Assembly: GCA_964453345.1 (NCBI GenBank)
Contig: CAYVOC010000016.1
Coordinates: forward strand, 1-33,184
From: an uncultured Aquificales bacterium
GTDB taxonomy: Bacteria > Thermosulfidibacterota > Thermosulfidibacteria > Thermosulfidibacterales > Thermosulfidibacteraceae
DNA length: 33,184 nucleotides
Direction of reading: 5' to 3'
The notes under the pieces were generated by a model that did no database searches, was not told where the DNA came from, and saw only the letters and a program-made list of their open reading frames with translations. Shown here piece by piece: positions 1 to 9,763 of the stretch; the first letter of the stretch is position 1; every line of letters begins with the position of its first letter. Position numbers and translations under genes: made by a program.

Positions 1-99
1 GGTGGTCTTTCCCGTTTGGCGGGCGCCGACAACCGCAACCACGGGAAAGAACTCCAACGCTCTTCTTATTCTGTCAGCGAGAAACCTCTTCTTATACAT
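1..99 (-). CDS. ATP-binding protein, AAA_14/DUF4143 family; N-terminal 33 codons only, continues past the left edge
   Basis: Not in the ORF track. Manual translation of the reverse complement from ATG 99-97 gives MYKKRFLADRIRRALEFFPVVAVVGARQTGKTT, with the Walker A variant GARQTGKTT typical of this family. Confidence 0.8.
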   Translation of the reverse strand, partial: MYKKRFLADRIRRALEFFPVVAVVGARQTGKTT

Positions 100-140
100 T
101 GCTTGAAAATTAACAAGTATCTTGCAAAATTTCAAGCAAT
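98..140. repeat. 11-bp perfect inverted repeat, operator-like
   Basis: ATTGCTTGAAA (98-108) and TTTCAAGCAAT (130-140), 21-nt spacer. Confidence 0.7.
107..135 (-). promoter_or_regulatory. Putative sigma70 promoter for the AAA ATPase gene, probably leaderless
   Basis: Minus strand: TTGAAA (135-130), N14, TG-T, TAATTT (112-107), then 7 nt to the ATG; no Shine-Dalgarno. Confidence 0.6.
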
Positions 141-1133
141 ATCTTTGTGGGGGATGAGGGCCACCTTTAATGCCCTTCGGGTTTCGTAGGCTTTGAAGGC
201 TTCTGTATATGCGGTTAGCGGGTAGATGTGGGTGATGAGGCCTTGGAGTTTGTTCCAGATTCTCAGGGAGAGTTCGCCGGCTTTTTTGAAGCTTTCGGGG
301 GTTGTGCTGTGGGTGCCTGTGAGGATGATCTCCCTGTAGTGTATGAGGTTGGGGGTGATTCCGGATTTTGCCTCCCAGCTTCCTCCGGCGAACAGGTTTA
401 CCCTTCCCCGTTCTTTGACCAGCTCCACGATCCTGTCCAGCTCTCCAAAGGCGGGGGCGCACATAACGGCTGCAGAAAAGCTTTCTTCAACCTCCGAAAG
501 GCTGGCGAAGCTTTTGCATTTTTTGCACAGTTTTTCGGCAAAGGCCCTTCTGTGGGGATTTCTGTCAACTATGCTTACGCTTATGTTGTGTGCATCTGCC
601 ACTATTAGGTGCATGAGTCCCAGGGGACCTGCACCGAGTATGAGGAGGTTGTCCCGGGGCTGTAGTATCTCAAGGGATCTGATGACGCATCCCAAGGGTT
701 CTATGAGGCAGTTTGCCAGCCCTTCCCTTTTTGTTTTTACGAATCCGCCTATATTGAGCAGTTCTTCCGGTATGAGCAGGTATTCGGCGAAGCCTCCGTC
801 TAAAGCGCTGCCGAAGGAGAGCTTGTTTTTGCACAGGTTCACCGCACCCTTGAGGCACGGCTCGCACCTTTTGCAGAAGATGCTGGGAAAGAGGCTCAGT
901 TGCTCCCCCTCTTTCAGGGCGCTGTTTCTGCTTTCCACAACTTTCCCCCATATCTCGTGGCCGAGGGTTACCCCATCCCTTTTGACTTCCTTTTCCCCTC
1001 TCACCACCCTGAGATCCGATCCGCATATGGTGCAGGCGAGCACTTTCAGTAGGACTTCCCCCTTCTTAGGGGAGGGGATTTCCTTTTCGGCAAGATGCAG
1101 CCCTCTTTTCTTTGAGTAGCAGAGCGCCTTCAT
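132..1133 (-). CDS. Zn-dependent medium-chain alcohol/polyol dehydrogenase (sorbitol/threonine dehydrogenase-like)
   Basis: Catalytic Zn motifs ICGSD and GHE, structural Zn CKRCEPC-x7-C, GGFAEY, Rossmann GAGPLG, acidic residue in VDRNP (NAD-type), ITH near the C-terminus. Confidence 0.88.
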   Translation of the reverse strand: MKALCYSKKRGLHLAEKEIPSPKKGEVLLKVLACTICGSDLRVVRGEKEVKRDGVTLGHEIWGKVVESRNSALKEGEQLSLFPSIFCKRCEPCLKGAVNLCKNKLSFGSALDGGFAEYLLIPEELLNIGGFVKTKREGLANCLIEPLGCVIRSLEILQPRDNLLILGAGPLGLMHLIVADAHNISVSIVDRNPHRRAFAEKLCKKCKSFASLSEVEESFSAAVMCAPAFGELDRIVELVKERGRVNLFAGGSWEAKSGITPNLIHYREIILTGTHSTTPESFKKAGELSLRIWNKLQGLITHIYPLTAYTEAFKAYETRRALKVALIPHKDIA

Positions 1134-1879
1134 CTGATGCGGATGAGAATAATGCTTGTGTTATCAAGCCAGATTGTGCCTTCGGCGGCCCTCTCATACA
1201 GAAGCTCAGGTGCGTCAAGTTCAGCCACCTGTATGTGCTCTAAAATTTCCTGATCATCCACGTTGTCTGTGAGCCCGTCGCTGCATAAAAGCACATAATC
1301 CACCCTTTGGGTGGCAAATTCTGCGGCGAAGGCCCTTTTAGGGCTTTTCCATTCAAGCCTGAAGGCCGGGCCTATTCCAAGTGTTATCTGGTTTCTTGCC
1401 GGATGTCTTCTGGCATCCTCGGGCCTTATGATGCCGTCGTCTATCATCTTCTGAACCACTGAATGATCATGGCTCATGGGGAAGATGTGGTTTTGTGATA
1501 CGCCGTAAACCCTGCTGTCTCCGGCGTTTCCCGTTATGATCTTTTCAGGGGTTATCAGGCAGAAGGCGATGGTTGTCCCGGTGTTTTCCGGCAGCTCTTT
1601 TTCTGATTCGAGCTGGAGGGCGAAGAGGGTTTCCTGGGCCTCCTGCGGGCTTTTGGCCTTTAGTAGTTCCGAGCAGTGCTCGGCGGTCCACAGGCTTGCA
1701 ATCTCGCCATAGGCGTGTCCTCCCATGCCGTCGCACACAACGAACAGGAGCTTTTCCCCTTCAAGCTGCAGTCTTTCCCGGTAGTGATCCTTCTGTATTA
1801 CTTTGTCCTGTATTCTTATGGCGTCTTCCTGGTTTTCTCTGGCGCCTATCTCCATAAGAGCGGATATTTCTACACGCAT
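1130..1879 (-). CDS. PP2C/PPM-family Ser/Thr protein phosphatase (PrpC/Stp-like)
   Basis: Motifs RENQED, VCDGMGGH, GTT, NAGDSRVY, DHS, LLCSDGL, LDNTS. Start reassigned to ATG 1879 (MRVEISA...) because the ORF-track extension to 2086 overlaps the kinase gene. ATGA overlap with the dehydrogenase. Confidence 0.88.
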   Translation of the reverse strand: MRVEISALMEIGARENQEDAIRIQDKVIQKDHYRERLQLEGEKLLFVVCDGMGGHAYGEIASLWTAEHCSELLKAKSPQEAQETLFALQLESEKELPENTGTTIAFCLITPEKIITGNAGDSRVYGVSQNHIFPMSHDHSVVQKMIDDGIIRPEDARRHPARNQITLGIGPAFRLEWKSPKRAFAAEFATQRVDYVLLCSDGLTDNVDDQEILEHIQVAELDAPELLYERAAEGTIWLDNTSIILIRIR

Positions 1880-1928
1880 GGTATATAATATAGCCCTGAT
1901 AGAAATTTTATGAAACGGGGAGGGCGCC
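1880..1928. promoter_or_regulatory. Short AT-rich divergent promoter region between the phosphatase and kinase genes
   Basis: TATAAT at 1884-1889 on +; TATATT/TATTAT 5-7 nt upstream of the phosphatase ATG on -; G-rich Shine-Dalgarno GGAGGG before ATG 1929. Confidence 0.45.
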
Positions 1929-2870
1929 ATGATAGCCACGGTTACGCTGAATCCGTCCCTTGATCTGAATCTGGAGGTGGATGAGCTGAGGATAGACGAT
2001 GTCACCCGCATAAAGAACAGCAAATTGGATCCCGGGGGCAAGGGCATAAATGTTTCCAGGGTTGTCAACATTCTTGGAGGTCCCACGGTTGCCTACGGTT
2101 TTATAGCCGGAAGGGAGGGGGGACAGCTGTCGCTGTTTCTGGCGGAGGAGGGGATACTCAACTCCTTTGTTGCCCTGAAGGAGGGGAACACGAGGGTCAA
2201 CGTTATCATAACCGAAAGGGGCACGGGCAGGCAGACCAGAATAAATGCCATAGGCCCAAGGGCTGAAGTGGAGGATCTTGAGGCTCTGAAGGACAGGATA
2301 ACGAGGCTCGGTGGGGGAATATGCTCGGTTAGCTTCATGGTTTTTGCGGGAAGCATTCCTCCAGGGCTTCCTCAAACCACCTACAGATATCTGATAGAGG
2401 AGGTGCAGGAGCTGGGCATAAAAGCGGTGCTTGATACGGACGGTGAGGCCCTGAAATACGGGGTGAGGGCCAAGCCCTTTATGATAAAGCCCAACACCTA
2501 CGAGCTGCAGAGGCTCGTGGGTAGGGAGATGAAGACGGAGGACGATGTGCTTGAGGCGGCAAGGCAGCTTGTGGATACGGGGATAGAGATTGTGGCTGTC
2601 ACCAGAGGCGGCAAAAGGGCCTTTCTCGTGAGCAAGGAGTTTGTCTATTATGTTGATCCTCCGAAGATAGAGGTCGTTAGTGCAGTGGGTTCGGGTGATT
2701 CTTTCTTGGGAGCCTTCTTGCTGGCCCTGTATAAGGGGCTGGGCTACGAGGAGGCCTTCCGCTGGGGAGTGGCTGCAGGCGCCGCCACCGCCATGGTTCC
2801 GGGCACGGGTCTCATGAGAAGGGAGGATTTTGAAAGACTGCTGGGCGAAATAAGGGTTTATTCTCTTTGA
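1929..2870 (+). CDS. pfkB: 1-phosphofructokinase-family hexose-phosphate kinase (PfkB/FruK/LacC family)
   Basis: MIATVTLNPSLD, PGGKGINVSR, AGSIPPG, DTDGEAL, IKPN, AVGSGDSF anion-hole motif. Confidence 0.9.
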   Translation: MIATVTLNPSLDLNLEVDELRIDDVTRIKNSKLDPGGKGINVSRVVNILGGPTVAYGFIAGREGGQLSLFLAEEGILNSFVALKEGNTRVNVIITERGTGRQTRINAIGPRAEVEDLEALKDRITRLGGGICSVSFMVFAGSIPPGLPQTTYRYLIEEVQELGIKAVLDTDGEALKYGVRAKPFMIKPNTYELQRLVGREMKTEDDVLEAARQLVDTGIEIVAVTRGGKRAFLVSKEFVYYVDPPKIEVVSAVGSGDSFLGAFLLALYKGLGYEEAFRWGVAAGAATAMVPGTGLMRREDFERLLGEIRVYSL

Positions 2871-2899
2871 TCTTTAGCTTTAACTTTTTTCATTTTCAC

Positions 2900-2928
2900 T
2901 TGACAGCCGCCTCCTGGTCTGATACTGA
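2900..2928 (+). promoter_or_regulatory. Putative sigma70 promoter of the fadR-fadN-fadA-fadE operon
   Basis: Perfect TTGACA (2900-2905), N14, TG-A, TACTGA (2923-2928); T-rich tract upstream. Confidence 0.65.
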
Positions 2929-2943
2929 GTGAGTGCTCATTCA
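2926..2943. promoter_or_regulatory. FadR(YsiA)-type operator palindrome
   Basis: TGAGTGA-GTGC-TCATTCA; one mismatch to the TGAATGA-N4-TCATTCA core of the Bacillus subtilis FadR box; lies between the -10 and the AGGAGGTG Shine-Dalgarno. Confidence 0.8.
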
Positions 2944-2956
2944 GGAGGTGGCGCAA

Positions 2957-3559
2957 ATGGCTGTTCGCGGAGTGGTTGGTTCGAGGAGGAAGGGCAAGCG
3001 GGATCTGATTCTGAAGGCTGCCGAGAAGGTTTTTGCTCAAAAGGGGTTTCATCCTGCGAGGGTGGCCGATATAGCCCGGGAGGCGGGGGTGGCCGAAGGC
3101 ACAATCTATATATACTTCGACAGCAAAGAGGACCTTATCTTAAACGTTTTTAAGGAGAAGCTTGAAGAGTGGATGTCCGGCTTGAAGGAGAGGCTTTCCC
3201 GGATAGAGAGCGCCAAGGAGAAGCTGAGGGCGGTGATAGATACGCACTTTTCGGTTCTCTACAACAATCCCCACCTTGCCCAGCTCATCCAGATAGAGCT
3301 TCGAGCGTGCAGCGCCTTCATGAGGGGTGGAAGTGCCCCCGAGATGCGCAAGTATCTCGGGATAATAGAGGAGGTGCTGAAGGAGGGAAAGGAGAAGGGA
3401 GAATTCAGGCAGGATTTCAGTGAGTGGCTGGCGGCAAGGGCTCTGCTCGGGATCATGGATGAGCTTTGCACCATCTGGGTTCTGAAGAAGAAGTTGGAGC
3501 TGCCGGCCATGGTGGATGATGTTCTGGACATTTTTTACAAAGGCATAGGAGGTGTATGA
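2957..3559 (+). CDS. fadR: TetR-family transcriptional repressor of fatty-acid degradation (B. subtilis FadR/YsiA-like)
   Basis: [17 protein letters not shown]...[25 protein letters not shown]; YsiA-like C-domain ([10 protein letters not shown]); SD AGGAGGTG supports ATG 2957 over 2933. Confidence 0.88.
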   Translation: MAVRGVVGSRRKGKRDLILKAAEKVFAQKGFHPARVADIAREAGVAEGTIYIYFDSKEDLILNVFKEKLEEWMSGLKERLSRIESAKEKLRAVIDTHFSVLYNNPHLAQLIQIELRACSAFMRGGSAPEMRKYLGIIEEVLKEGKEKGEFRQDFSEWLAARALLGIMDELCTIWVLKKKLELPAMVDDVLDIFYKGIGGV

Positions 3560-5940
3560 TGGGTTATGAGGTTAAGAAGGCGGCCGTTCTGGGCGCCGGT
3601 GTGATGGGTGCGGCTATCGCTGCGCACCTTGCAAATGTTGGTATTCCCGTTCTTCTTCTGGACATACCCCCGAAGGAGGGAGACGACAGAAACGCCGTAG
3701 CGAGGGCCGGTCTTGAAAGGGCTCTCAAGGCGAAGCCCCCCGCATTTTATCTTAAGGAGTTTGCAGAGCTGGTTGAGGTGGGCAACTTTGAGGATGATAT
3801 GCCCAAGATCGCAGAGTGTGATCTTGTTATTGAGGCGGTGGTTGAGAACCTGCAGATCAAAAGGAGCCTCTTTGAGAAGGTTGATCAGCATAGAAAGCCC
3901 GGGAGCATTATAGCCACCAACACTTCCGGTATCTCTATCAACGCCATTGCCGAGGGGCGTTCCGAGGACTTCAGGAAGCACTTTATCGGGATGCACTTCT
4001 TCAATCCCCCGAGATACATGAAGCTGCTTGAGATAATCCCCGGCAGGGACACCCTTAAGGAGGTTGTGGACTTTGTCGCAGAGTTCGGTGAGAGGGTCCT
4101 CGGCAAGGGCATCGTTTACGCAAAGGACACCCCCAACTTCATCGCCAACAGGATCGGCGTTTTCGGCATGATGTATACCCTCAAGGTCATGGACGAGATG
4201 GGCCTCACCATTGAGGAGGTTGACGCCCTCACCGGCAAGGTTGTTGGCCGTCCCAAGGTTGCCACCTTCAAGCTCGGAGACATGGTGGGGATCGACGTTC
4301 TGTATCACGTTGCCCTCAACGTTTACGAGAACGCTCCCAACGACGAGATGAGGGAGATCTTCAATCCCCCCGAGTGGCTCAAGAAGATGGTGGAGAACGG
4401 CTGGCTGGGCAACAAGACGGGACAGGGCTTCTACAAGAAGGTGAAGGATGAGTCCGGCAAAAAGCAGACCCTTGTTATAGATCCCAAGACCCTGGAATAC
4501 AGGCCCGCCAAGAAGGCATCCTTCCCGAGCGTTGAGATGGCAAAGACCGAGGATGATGTGAGAAAGAGACTCAATATAATGGTTTACGGCAAAGACAAGG
4601 GCGCCCAGTTCACCTGGAAGACCATCGCCGCCGTGCTGATCTATTCCGCCAACAGGATTCCCGAGATCGCCGACGACATAGTCCAGGTGGACAACGCCAT
4701 GAAGTGGGGCTTCAACTGGGAGCTTGGTCCCTTTGAGATATGGGATGCCATAGGGGTGAGAAGATCCGTTGAGAGGATGGAAGCCGAAGGTATGCAGGTT
4801 CCCGCCAAGGTCAAGGAGATGCTGGAGGCGGGGGCTGAATCCTTCTACAAGGAGGAGGGGACCCAGGTTTACTACTGGGACTTTGAGAGCAAGTCCTACA
4901 AGCCCGTTGAGGAGAAGCCCGAGGTAATTGTCCTTTCCAGACTCAAAAAGGCCGGCAAGGTGGTTAAGGAGAACGCCGATGCCAGCCTCATTGATCTCGG
5001 CGATGGCGTTGCCTGCCTTGAGTTCCACACCAAGATGAACGCCATCGGCGCCGGAGTCCTTCAGATGGTTGACGAGGCCCTTGAAGCTGTGAGGAAGGAC
5101 TTTGATGCCCTTGTTATCGCCAATCAGGGTCAGCACTTCTCCGCCGGCGCCAACCTTGCGCTGCTTCTTACCGCCATTCAGGAGGAGGAGTGGGAGGAGA
5201 TTGACTACATGGTGCGCGCCTTCCAGAAGGCCACCATGTCCTTGAAGCTCTTTGAGAAGCCCGTGGTTGCCGCTCCCTTCAACATGACTCTGGGTGGCGG
5301 ATGCGAGTTCTGTCTGCACTGCGACAGAATTAGGGCCCATGCCGAGCTATACATGGGACTGGTTGAGGTGGGTGTGGGACTGCTTCCCGCAGGCGGTGGA
5401 ACCAAGGAGGTGCTTTTAAGGCTTGTTGATAAATACATTCCCAAGAACCTTCCCAGGGGTGTTGTGGTCGATCCTCTGCCTCATCTGAGGCGTGCCCTTG
5501 AGACCATAGCCATGGCCAAGGTCTCCATGTCCGCCTATGAGGCCAAGGAGATAGGCTTTTTGACCGACTGTGATTCCATAAGCATCAACAAGGACTATCT
5601 GATCTACGAGGCCAAGCAGGTGGCCCTCAATCTGGTGAGGGAGGGTTACAGGCCTCCAAGGGTGAAGAAGGTGAAGATGGCTGGGCGCGACGGGTTCGGT
5701 TACCTCAAGATGCTCATTTACAACATGAAGGAGGGCGCCTGGATCACCGAGCACGAGGCCAAGATCGCCACCCACATAGCCAAGGTGCTTACCGGTGGTG
5801 ATGTGCTTCCCGGAACCGTGATGGATGAGTGGGAGATACTGGATCTTGAGAGGGAGGCCTTCCTGTCCCTGTGCGGTGAGCCCAAGACCCAGGAGAGGAT
5901 CCAGCACATGCTCACCACCGGAAGACCGCTTAGAAACTAA
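3556..5940 (+). CDS. fadN: 3-hydroxyacyl-CoA dehydrogenase / enoyl-CoA hydratase, FadN-type domain order
   Basis: [39 protein letters not shown]-terminal crotonase with [20 protein letters not shown]; ends GRPLRN. Start is ATG 3556 or 3559. Confidence 0.93.
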   Translation: MMGYEVKKAAVLGAGVMGAAIAAHLANVGIPVLLLDIPPKEGDDRNAVARAGLERALKAKPPAFYLKEFAELVEVGNFEDDMPKIAECDLVIEAVVENLQIKRSLFEKVDQHRKPGSIIATNTSGISINAIAEGRSEDFRKHFIGMHFFNPPRYMKLLEIIPGRDTLKEVVDFVAEFGERVLGKGIVYAKDTPNFIANRIGVFGMMYTLKVMDEMGLTIEEVDALTGKVVGRPKVATFKLGDMVGIDVLYHVALNVYENAPNDEMREIFNPPEWLKKMVENGWLGNKTGQGFYKKVKDESGKKQTLVIDPKTLEYRPAKKASFPSVEMAKTEDDVRKRLNIMVYGKDKGAQFTWKTIAAVLIYSANRIPEIADDIVQVDNAMKWGFNWELGPFEIWDAIGVRRSVERMEAEGMQVPAKVKEMLEAGAESFYKEEGTQVYYWDFESKSYKPVEEKPEVIVLSRLKKAGKVVKENADASLIDLGDGVACLEFHTKMNAIGAGVLQMVDEALEAVRKDFDALVIANQGQHFSAGANLALLLTAIQEEEWEEIDYMVRAFQKATMSLKLFEKPVVAAPFNMTLGGGCEFCLHCDRIRAHAELYMGLVEVGVGLLPAGGGTKEVLLRLVDKYIPKNLPRGVVVDPLPHLRRALETIAMAKVSMSAYEAKEIGFLTDCDSISINKDYLIYEAKQVALNLVREGYRPPRVKKVKMAGRDGFGYLKMLIYNMKEGAWITEHEAKIATHIAKVLTGGDVLPGTVMDEWEILDLEREAFLSLCGEPKTQERIQHMLTTGRPLRN

Positions 5941-5964
5941 AATAGCTTAAAGAGAGGTGAAGCA

Positions 5965-7158
5965 ATGAGGGATGCGGTTATAGTTGCTGCAGTGAGAACG
6001 GCAGTTGGAAAGGCTCCGAGGGGGAGCCTTAAGGACACAAGGCCCGATGACCTTGCCGCCATTGTGATTGCCGAGGCGGTGAAGAGGGCCGGGATAGATC
6101 CCGCCGAGGTTGACGATGTGATAATGGGATGCGCCTTCCCTGAGGGGGTGCAGGGTATGAATGTGGCCCGCGTGGCGCTTCTCAAAGCGGGCCTTCCCAC
6201 ATCCGTTCCCGGCATGACCATCAACAGGTTCTGCTCCTCGGGTCTGCAGGCCATAGCCATTGCCGCCGAGAAGATCATGTGCGGATACGCTGACATCGTT
6301 ATTGCGGGCGGAACCGAGTCCATGAGCATGGTCCCCATGGGAGGGCTTTCTCAGCCCGCCAACTCCGAGATGATGGACACCATGCCCGGGGTGTATCTTG
6401 GCATGGGATTGACTGCCGAGAAGGTGGCCCAGCGCTGGAACATCTCCAGGGAGGAGCAGGACGAGTTCGCCTACAACTCCCACATGAAGGCGGCTAAGGC
6501 CATAAGGGAGGGCAAGTTTGAGGCGGAGATTGTTCCCGTTAAAACCCGTGTTCTGAAAAACCTTCCGGATGGCAGAACCCAGGAGGTTGAGATAGAGTTC
6601 AAGGTGGATGAGGGCGTGAGGCCCGACACTACTATTGAGGGATTGGCCAAGTTAAAGCCTGCCTTCATGCCTCCGGGCAAGGGAACGGTGACGGCCGGAA
6701 ATGCCTCCCAGATGTCCGACGGCGCTGCGGCTGTGGTGGTAATGTCGGATAAGAAGGCTGCAGAGCTTGGTATAAAGCCCATGGCCGTCTTCAGGGGCTA
6801 TGCCGTTGGTGCAGTGGATCCTGAGATCATGGGAATTGGTCCAACGGTGGCGGTTCCCAAGCTCCTCAAGCTTACGGGCAAAAAGATTGAGGACATAGAC
6901 CTGATAGAGCTGAACGAGGCCTTTGCCGCCCAGTCCCTTGCCTGCATAAAAATCTTGGGCTGGCAGGATATAATGGATAAGATCAACGTCAACGGCGGCG
7001 CCATAGCCCTTGGGCATCCCCTGGGCTGCACCGGTGCCAAGCTCACCACCCAGATAATATACGAGCTTAGGAGGCGCGGTGGCGGATTGGGGCTTGTCAC
7101 CATGTGCATAGGCGGTGGACAGGGTGCTGCCGGGCTCTTTGAAGTTCTGCCCGAATAA
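5965..7158 (+). CDS. fadA: Acetyl-CoA C-acyltransferase (3-ketoacyl-CoA thiolase)
   Basis: [40 protein letters not shown]. Confidence 0.95.
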   Translation: MRDAVIVAAVRTAVGKAPRGSLKDTRPDDLAAIVIAEAVKRAGIDPAEVDDVIMGCAFPEGVQGMNVARVALLKAGLPTSVPGMTINRFCSSGLQAIAIAAEKIMCGYADIVIAGGTESMSMVPMGGLSQPANSEMMDTMPGVYLGMGLTAEKVAQRWNISREEQDEFAYNSHMKAAKAIREGKFEAEIVPVKTRVLKNLPDGRTQEVEIEFKVDEGVRPDTTIEGLAKLKPAFMPPGKGTVTAGNASQMSDGAAAVVVMSDKKAAELGIKPMAVFRGYAVGAVDPEIMGIGPTVAVPKLLKLTGKKIEDIDLIELNEAFAAQSLACIKILGWQDIMDKINVNGGAIALGHPLGCTGAKLTTQIIYELRRRGGGLGLVTMCIGGGQGAAGLFEVLPE

Positions 7159-7175
7159 AATAAGGAGGTGATAGA

Positions 7176-8942
7176 ATGGCTGAGTTCAAAAAGGGAGCAA
7201 TTTTTCTGGTGGAGGGAACCAAACCCTCCGAGATATTCATCCCTGAAGAGTTTACCGAAGAGCAGAGGATGTTTGCCAAGACCGCCGAGGACTTCATAAG
7301 GAACGAGGTGGTTCCAAGATCCGATGAGATAGAGAACAAGAACTACGAGGTTCAGGTCAAGCTCTTCAAGCAGGCCGGTGAGCTGGGGCTTCTCGGGGCC
7401 GAGGTGCCGGAGGAATACGGCGGGCTTGGACTGGACAAGATCTCCGCAATGCTGATTACGGAAAAGCTGGCGAGCGGTCAGGGATCCTTCGCCGTGACCG
7501 TTATGGCCCACACCGGAATTGGAACCCTTCCCATCGTTTACTTCGGGACTGAAGAGCAGAAGCAGAAGTATCTTCCCAAGCTCGCCACGGGCGAATACAT
7601 CTCCGCCTATGCGCTCACCGAAACCAATGCCGGCTCTGACGCCATGAACATCAAGACCAAGGCCGTTCTTGAGGGCGACTACTGGGTGCTCAACGGCTCC
7701 AAGCAGTTCATCACCAACTCCGGCTTTGCTGATCTCTTCATAGTTTACGCCAAGGTTGACGGGGAGAAGCACGCCGCATTCATAGTGGAAAGGGGCGCCG
7801 AGGGCTTCTCCATAGGTCCTGAGGAGCACAAGATGGGAATCGTCGGTTCCTCAACCTGCCCCTTATACTTTGACAACTGCAAGGTTCCCAAGGAGAACCT
7901 TCTGGGCGGTGAGGAGTGGATAGGAAAGGGGCATCTTATTGCCTTCAACATCCTCAACATAGGCCGTTACAAGCTGGCCATGGCGTGTGTGGGCAGCGCC
8001 AAGTATGCCATTGAGGAGGCGGTGAAATACGCAAACCAGAGGAACCAGTTCGGTGTGCCCATCTCCAGCTTTGACATGATAAAGGAGAAGATCGCCAGGA
8101 TGACCGCCAGAACCTGGGTGCTGGAGTCCACCGCCTACAGAACCGCGGGGCTTCTGGATGCGGGCCTTGCCGAACTCAAGGACAGGAATCCCGCCGATGC
8201 CATCGGGGAATACGCCATAGAGTGCTCGATTCTCAAGGTCTTCGGTTCCGAGGTGCTGGACACGGTGGTTGACGATATGGTGCAGATATACGGCGGATAC
8301 GGCTTCACCGAGGAGTATCCCGCTGCCCGCGCCTACAGGGATTCCAGGATCAACAGGATCTTTGAGGGAACCAACGAGATAAACAGGCTGGTTATCGTGG
8401 GCATGCTCGGAAGGAAGGCCATGAAGAACGAGATTCCCATAGTGCAGGCTGCGACCCAGGTGGGCAAGGAGGTGCTCACCCTTATGCCCGCAAGCCTGCT
8501 CAAGCCCGGCTTCATGGCGGAAGAAAAGCTTGCCGTTGAGATGGCAAGAAAACTCCTCCTTATGACTGCGGGACTTGCCACCCAGAAGCTCAAGGACAGG
8601 CTTCGCAAGGAGCAGATTGTTGTTGAGGCCCTTGCGGATATGGTGATCGACCTTTACGCCATGGAGAGCGCACTGCTTAGAACCCTGAAGATTGCCGAAA
8701 ACAGCGGTGAGGAGAAGGCGAAGTATCAGGCTGCCATGACCAAGTTCTTCTTCTCCGAAGCCTTCCCCAGGATGGCGGCCAATGCTAATAAGGTGCTCTG
8801 CTGCATAGAGTCCGGCGATATGCTTCGCACTCAGCTCTCCATTGTCAGAAAGCTCACCCGCTGGTATATCCCCGGCAACCCTGTTGAGCTTATCAGGACC
8901 ATTGCCGACAAGGTCATTGAAGAAGAGAAATACTGCTTCTAA
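7176..8942 (+). CDS. fadE: Acyl-CoA dehydrogenase, ~590-aa B. subtilis FadE type
   Basis: [53 protein letters not shown]. Confidence 0.94.
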   Translation: MAEFKKGAIFLVEGTKPSEIFIPEEFTEEQRMFAKTAEDFIRNEVVPRSDEIENKNYEVQVKLFKQAGELGLLGAEVPEEYGGLGLDKISAMLITEKLASGQGSFAVTVMAHTGIGTLPIVYFGTEEQKQKYLPKLATGEYISAYALTETNAGSDAMNIKTKAVLEGDYWVLNGSKQFITNSGFADLFIVYAKVDGEKHAAFIVERGAEGFSIGPEEHKMGIVGSSTCPLYFDNCKVPKENLLGGEEWIGKGHLIAFNILNIGRYKLAMACVGSAKYAIEEAVKYANQRNQFGVPISSFDMIKEKIARMTARTWVLESTAYRTAGLLDAGLAELKDRNPADAIGEYAIECSILKVFGSEVLDTVVDDMVQIYGGYGFTEEYPAARAYRDSRINRIFEGTNEINRLVIVGMLGRKAMKNEIPIVQAATQVGKEVLTLMPASLLKPGFMAEEKLAVEMARKLLLMTAGLATQKLKDRLRKEQIVVEALADMVIDLYAMESALLRTLKIAENSGEEKAKYQAAMTKFFFSEAFPRMAANANKVLCCIESGDMLRTQLSIVRKLTRWYIPGNPVELIRTIADKVIEEEKYCF

Positions 8943-8949
8943 GGTGTTC

Positions 8950-8976
8950 GGGCGAGGGGCTGCCCTCCCCTCGCCC
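8950..8976 (+). terminator. GC-rich hairpin after fadE, probable terminator or mRNA-stabilising stem
   Basis: GGGCGAGGGG (8950-8959), 7-nt loop, CCCCTCGCCC (8967-8976); followed by a pyrimidine tract rather than a clean poly-U run. Confidence 0.6.
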
Positions 8977-9024
8977 TCCCTCCTCAATTTCTAATTGTGT
9001 TTTAGAAAAAGTATTCTCGCTGTC

Positions 9025-9053
9025 TTTACACTATTTTCCCTTTTTGATAACTC
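9025..9053 (+). promoter_or_regulatory. Putative promoter for the LolA-fold gene and fadD
   Basis: TTTACA (9025-9030), N14, TG-A, TAACTC (9048-9053). Confidence 0.45.
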
Positions 9054-9092
9054 TGATTCGAGGAAAAGATCCTGAGAGAGCTGGAGGAAGCC

Positions 9093-9752
9093 ATGAGGAA
9101 ATATACTCCAATCTTCCCTGCTTTGTTTGTATTTTTTGTCGTTTTTGCTTACTCTTTTGCAGTAGCTGAGCAATGTTCGGATATTGTAAAAACAAGTTTA
9201 GAAAAATGGAAACAGGTGAATGACTATGTCTGCCGTATGGAGGCCTATAACAAAAAGGGCGGCGAAGAGGATTACAAGGTGTATGAGTATAAATACATGA
9301 AGCCGGGCTATGTTTACATGTTTATCCTTGAGGGCAAAAGCAAGGGCGCCAAGGTCTTTTACGATCCTACAACGAACAAGGTTAAGGGCTGCAAGAAGAT
9401 CCTCTTTTACATATGCAGGACCTTTGACCCAGCCGATCCGAAGGTCACCTCCATAAGGGGGGCGAAGGTTCCCGAAAGCACCATGGGGTATATACTGAAG
9501 CAGGTTAAGGGTTTTGTTGAGTCGGGGGTTGGTTGCAGCGTTCAGGAGGCAGAGGGTGCCAAGGTGTTGATTTTGAAGTCCGATCACCCCTTCACCGAGG
9601 GGGATGTGGACGAGATGAGGGTTTACATAGATGGAAACTTAGGGTTGCCGGTTAAATGGGAGAGGTTTTCCAAGGGAAAGCTTGTCAACAGGGTGGTTTT
9701 GAGGGATATCCGTTTGAATGTGGGGTTGAAGAGGGAAGATCTCAAACCTTAG
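9093..9752 (+). CDS. Secreted LolA-fold protein (DUF1571 / lipoprotein-sorting-like)
   Basis: Signal peptide MRKY-hydrophobic-AVA; beta-rich pattern VNDYVCRM...YKYMKPGYVYM...GAKVFY; C-terminal RVYIDGNLGLPVKWE...IRLNVGL typical of the LolA-like fold; SD GGAGG. Confidence 0.6.
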   Translation: MRKYTPIFPALFVFFVVFAYSFAVAEQCSDIVKTSLEKWKQVNDYVCRMEAYNKKGGEEDYKVYEYKYMKPGYVYMFILEGKSKGAKVFYDPTTNKVKGCKKILFYICRTFDPADPKVTSIRGAKVPESTMGYILKQVKGFVESGVGCSVQEAEGAKVLILKSDHPFTEGDVDEMRVYIDGNLGLPVKWERFSKGKLVNRVVLRDIRLNVGLKREDLKP

Positions 9753-9763
9753 GAGGGTGAATT

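Noticed and set aside
1880..2086. N-terminal extension of the phosphatase ORF
   Set aside because: Overlaps the kinase gene on the opposite strand; PP2C similarity begins at Met 1879.
3535..5340. 601-aa antisense ORF opposite fadN (also 5416-5907, 6798-7829, 7863-8987)
   Set aside because: Shadow ORFs of strongly codon-biased genes; Leu/Gly/His-rich with no recognisable motifs.
8991..9173. 60-aa minus-strand ORF in the fadE downstream spacer
   Set aside because: Overlaps the 9093 gene and its promoter; no motif or SD support.
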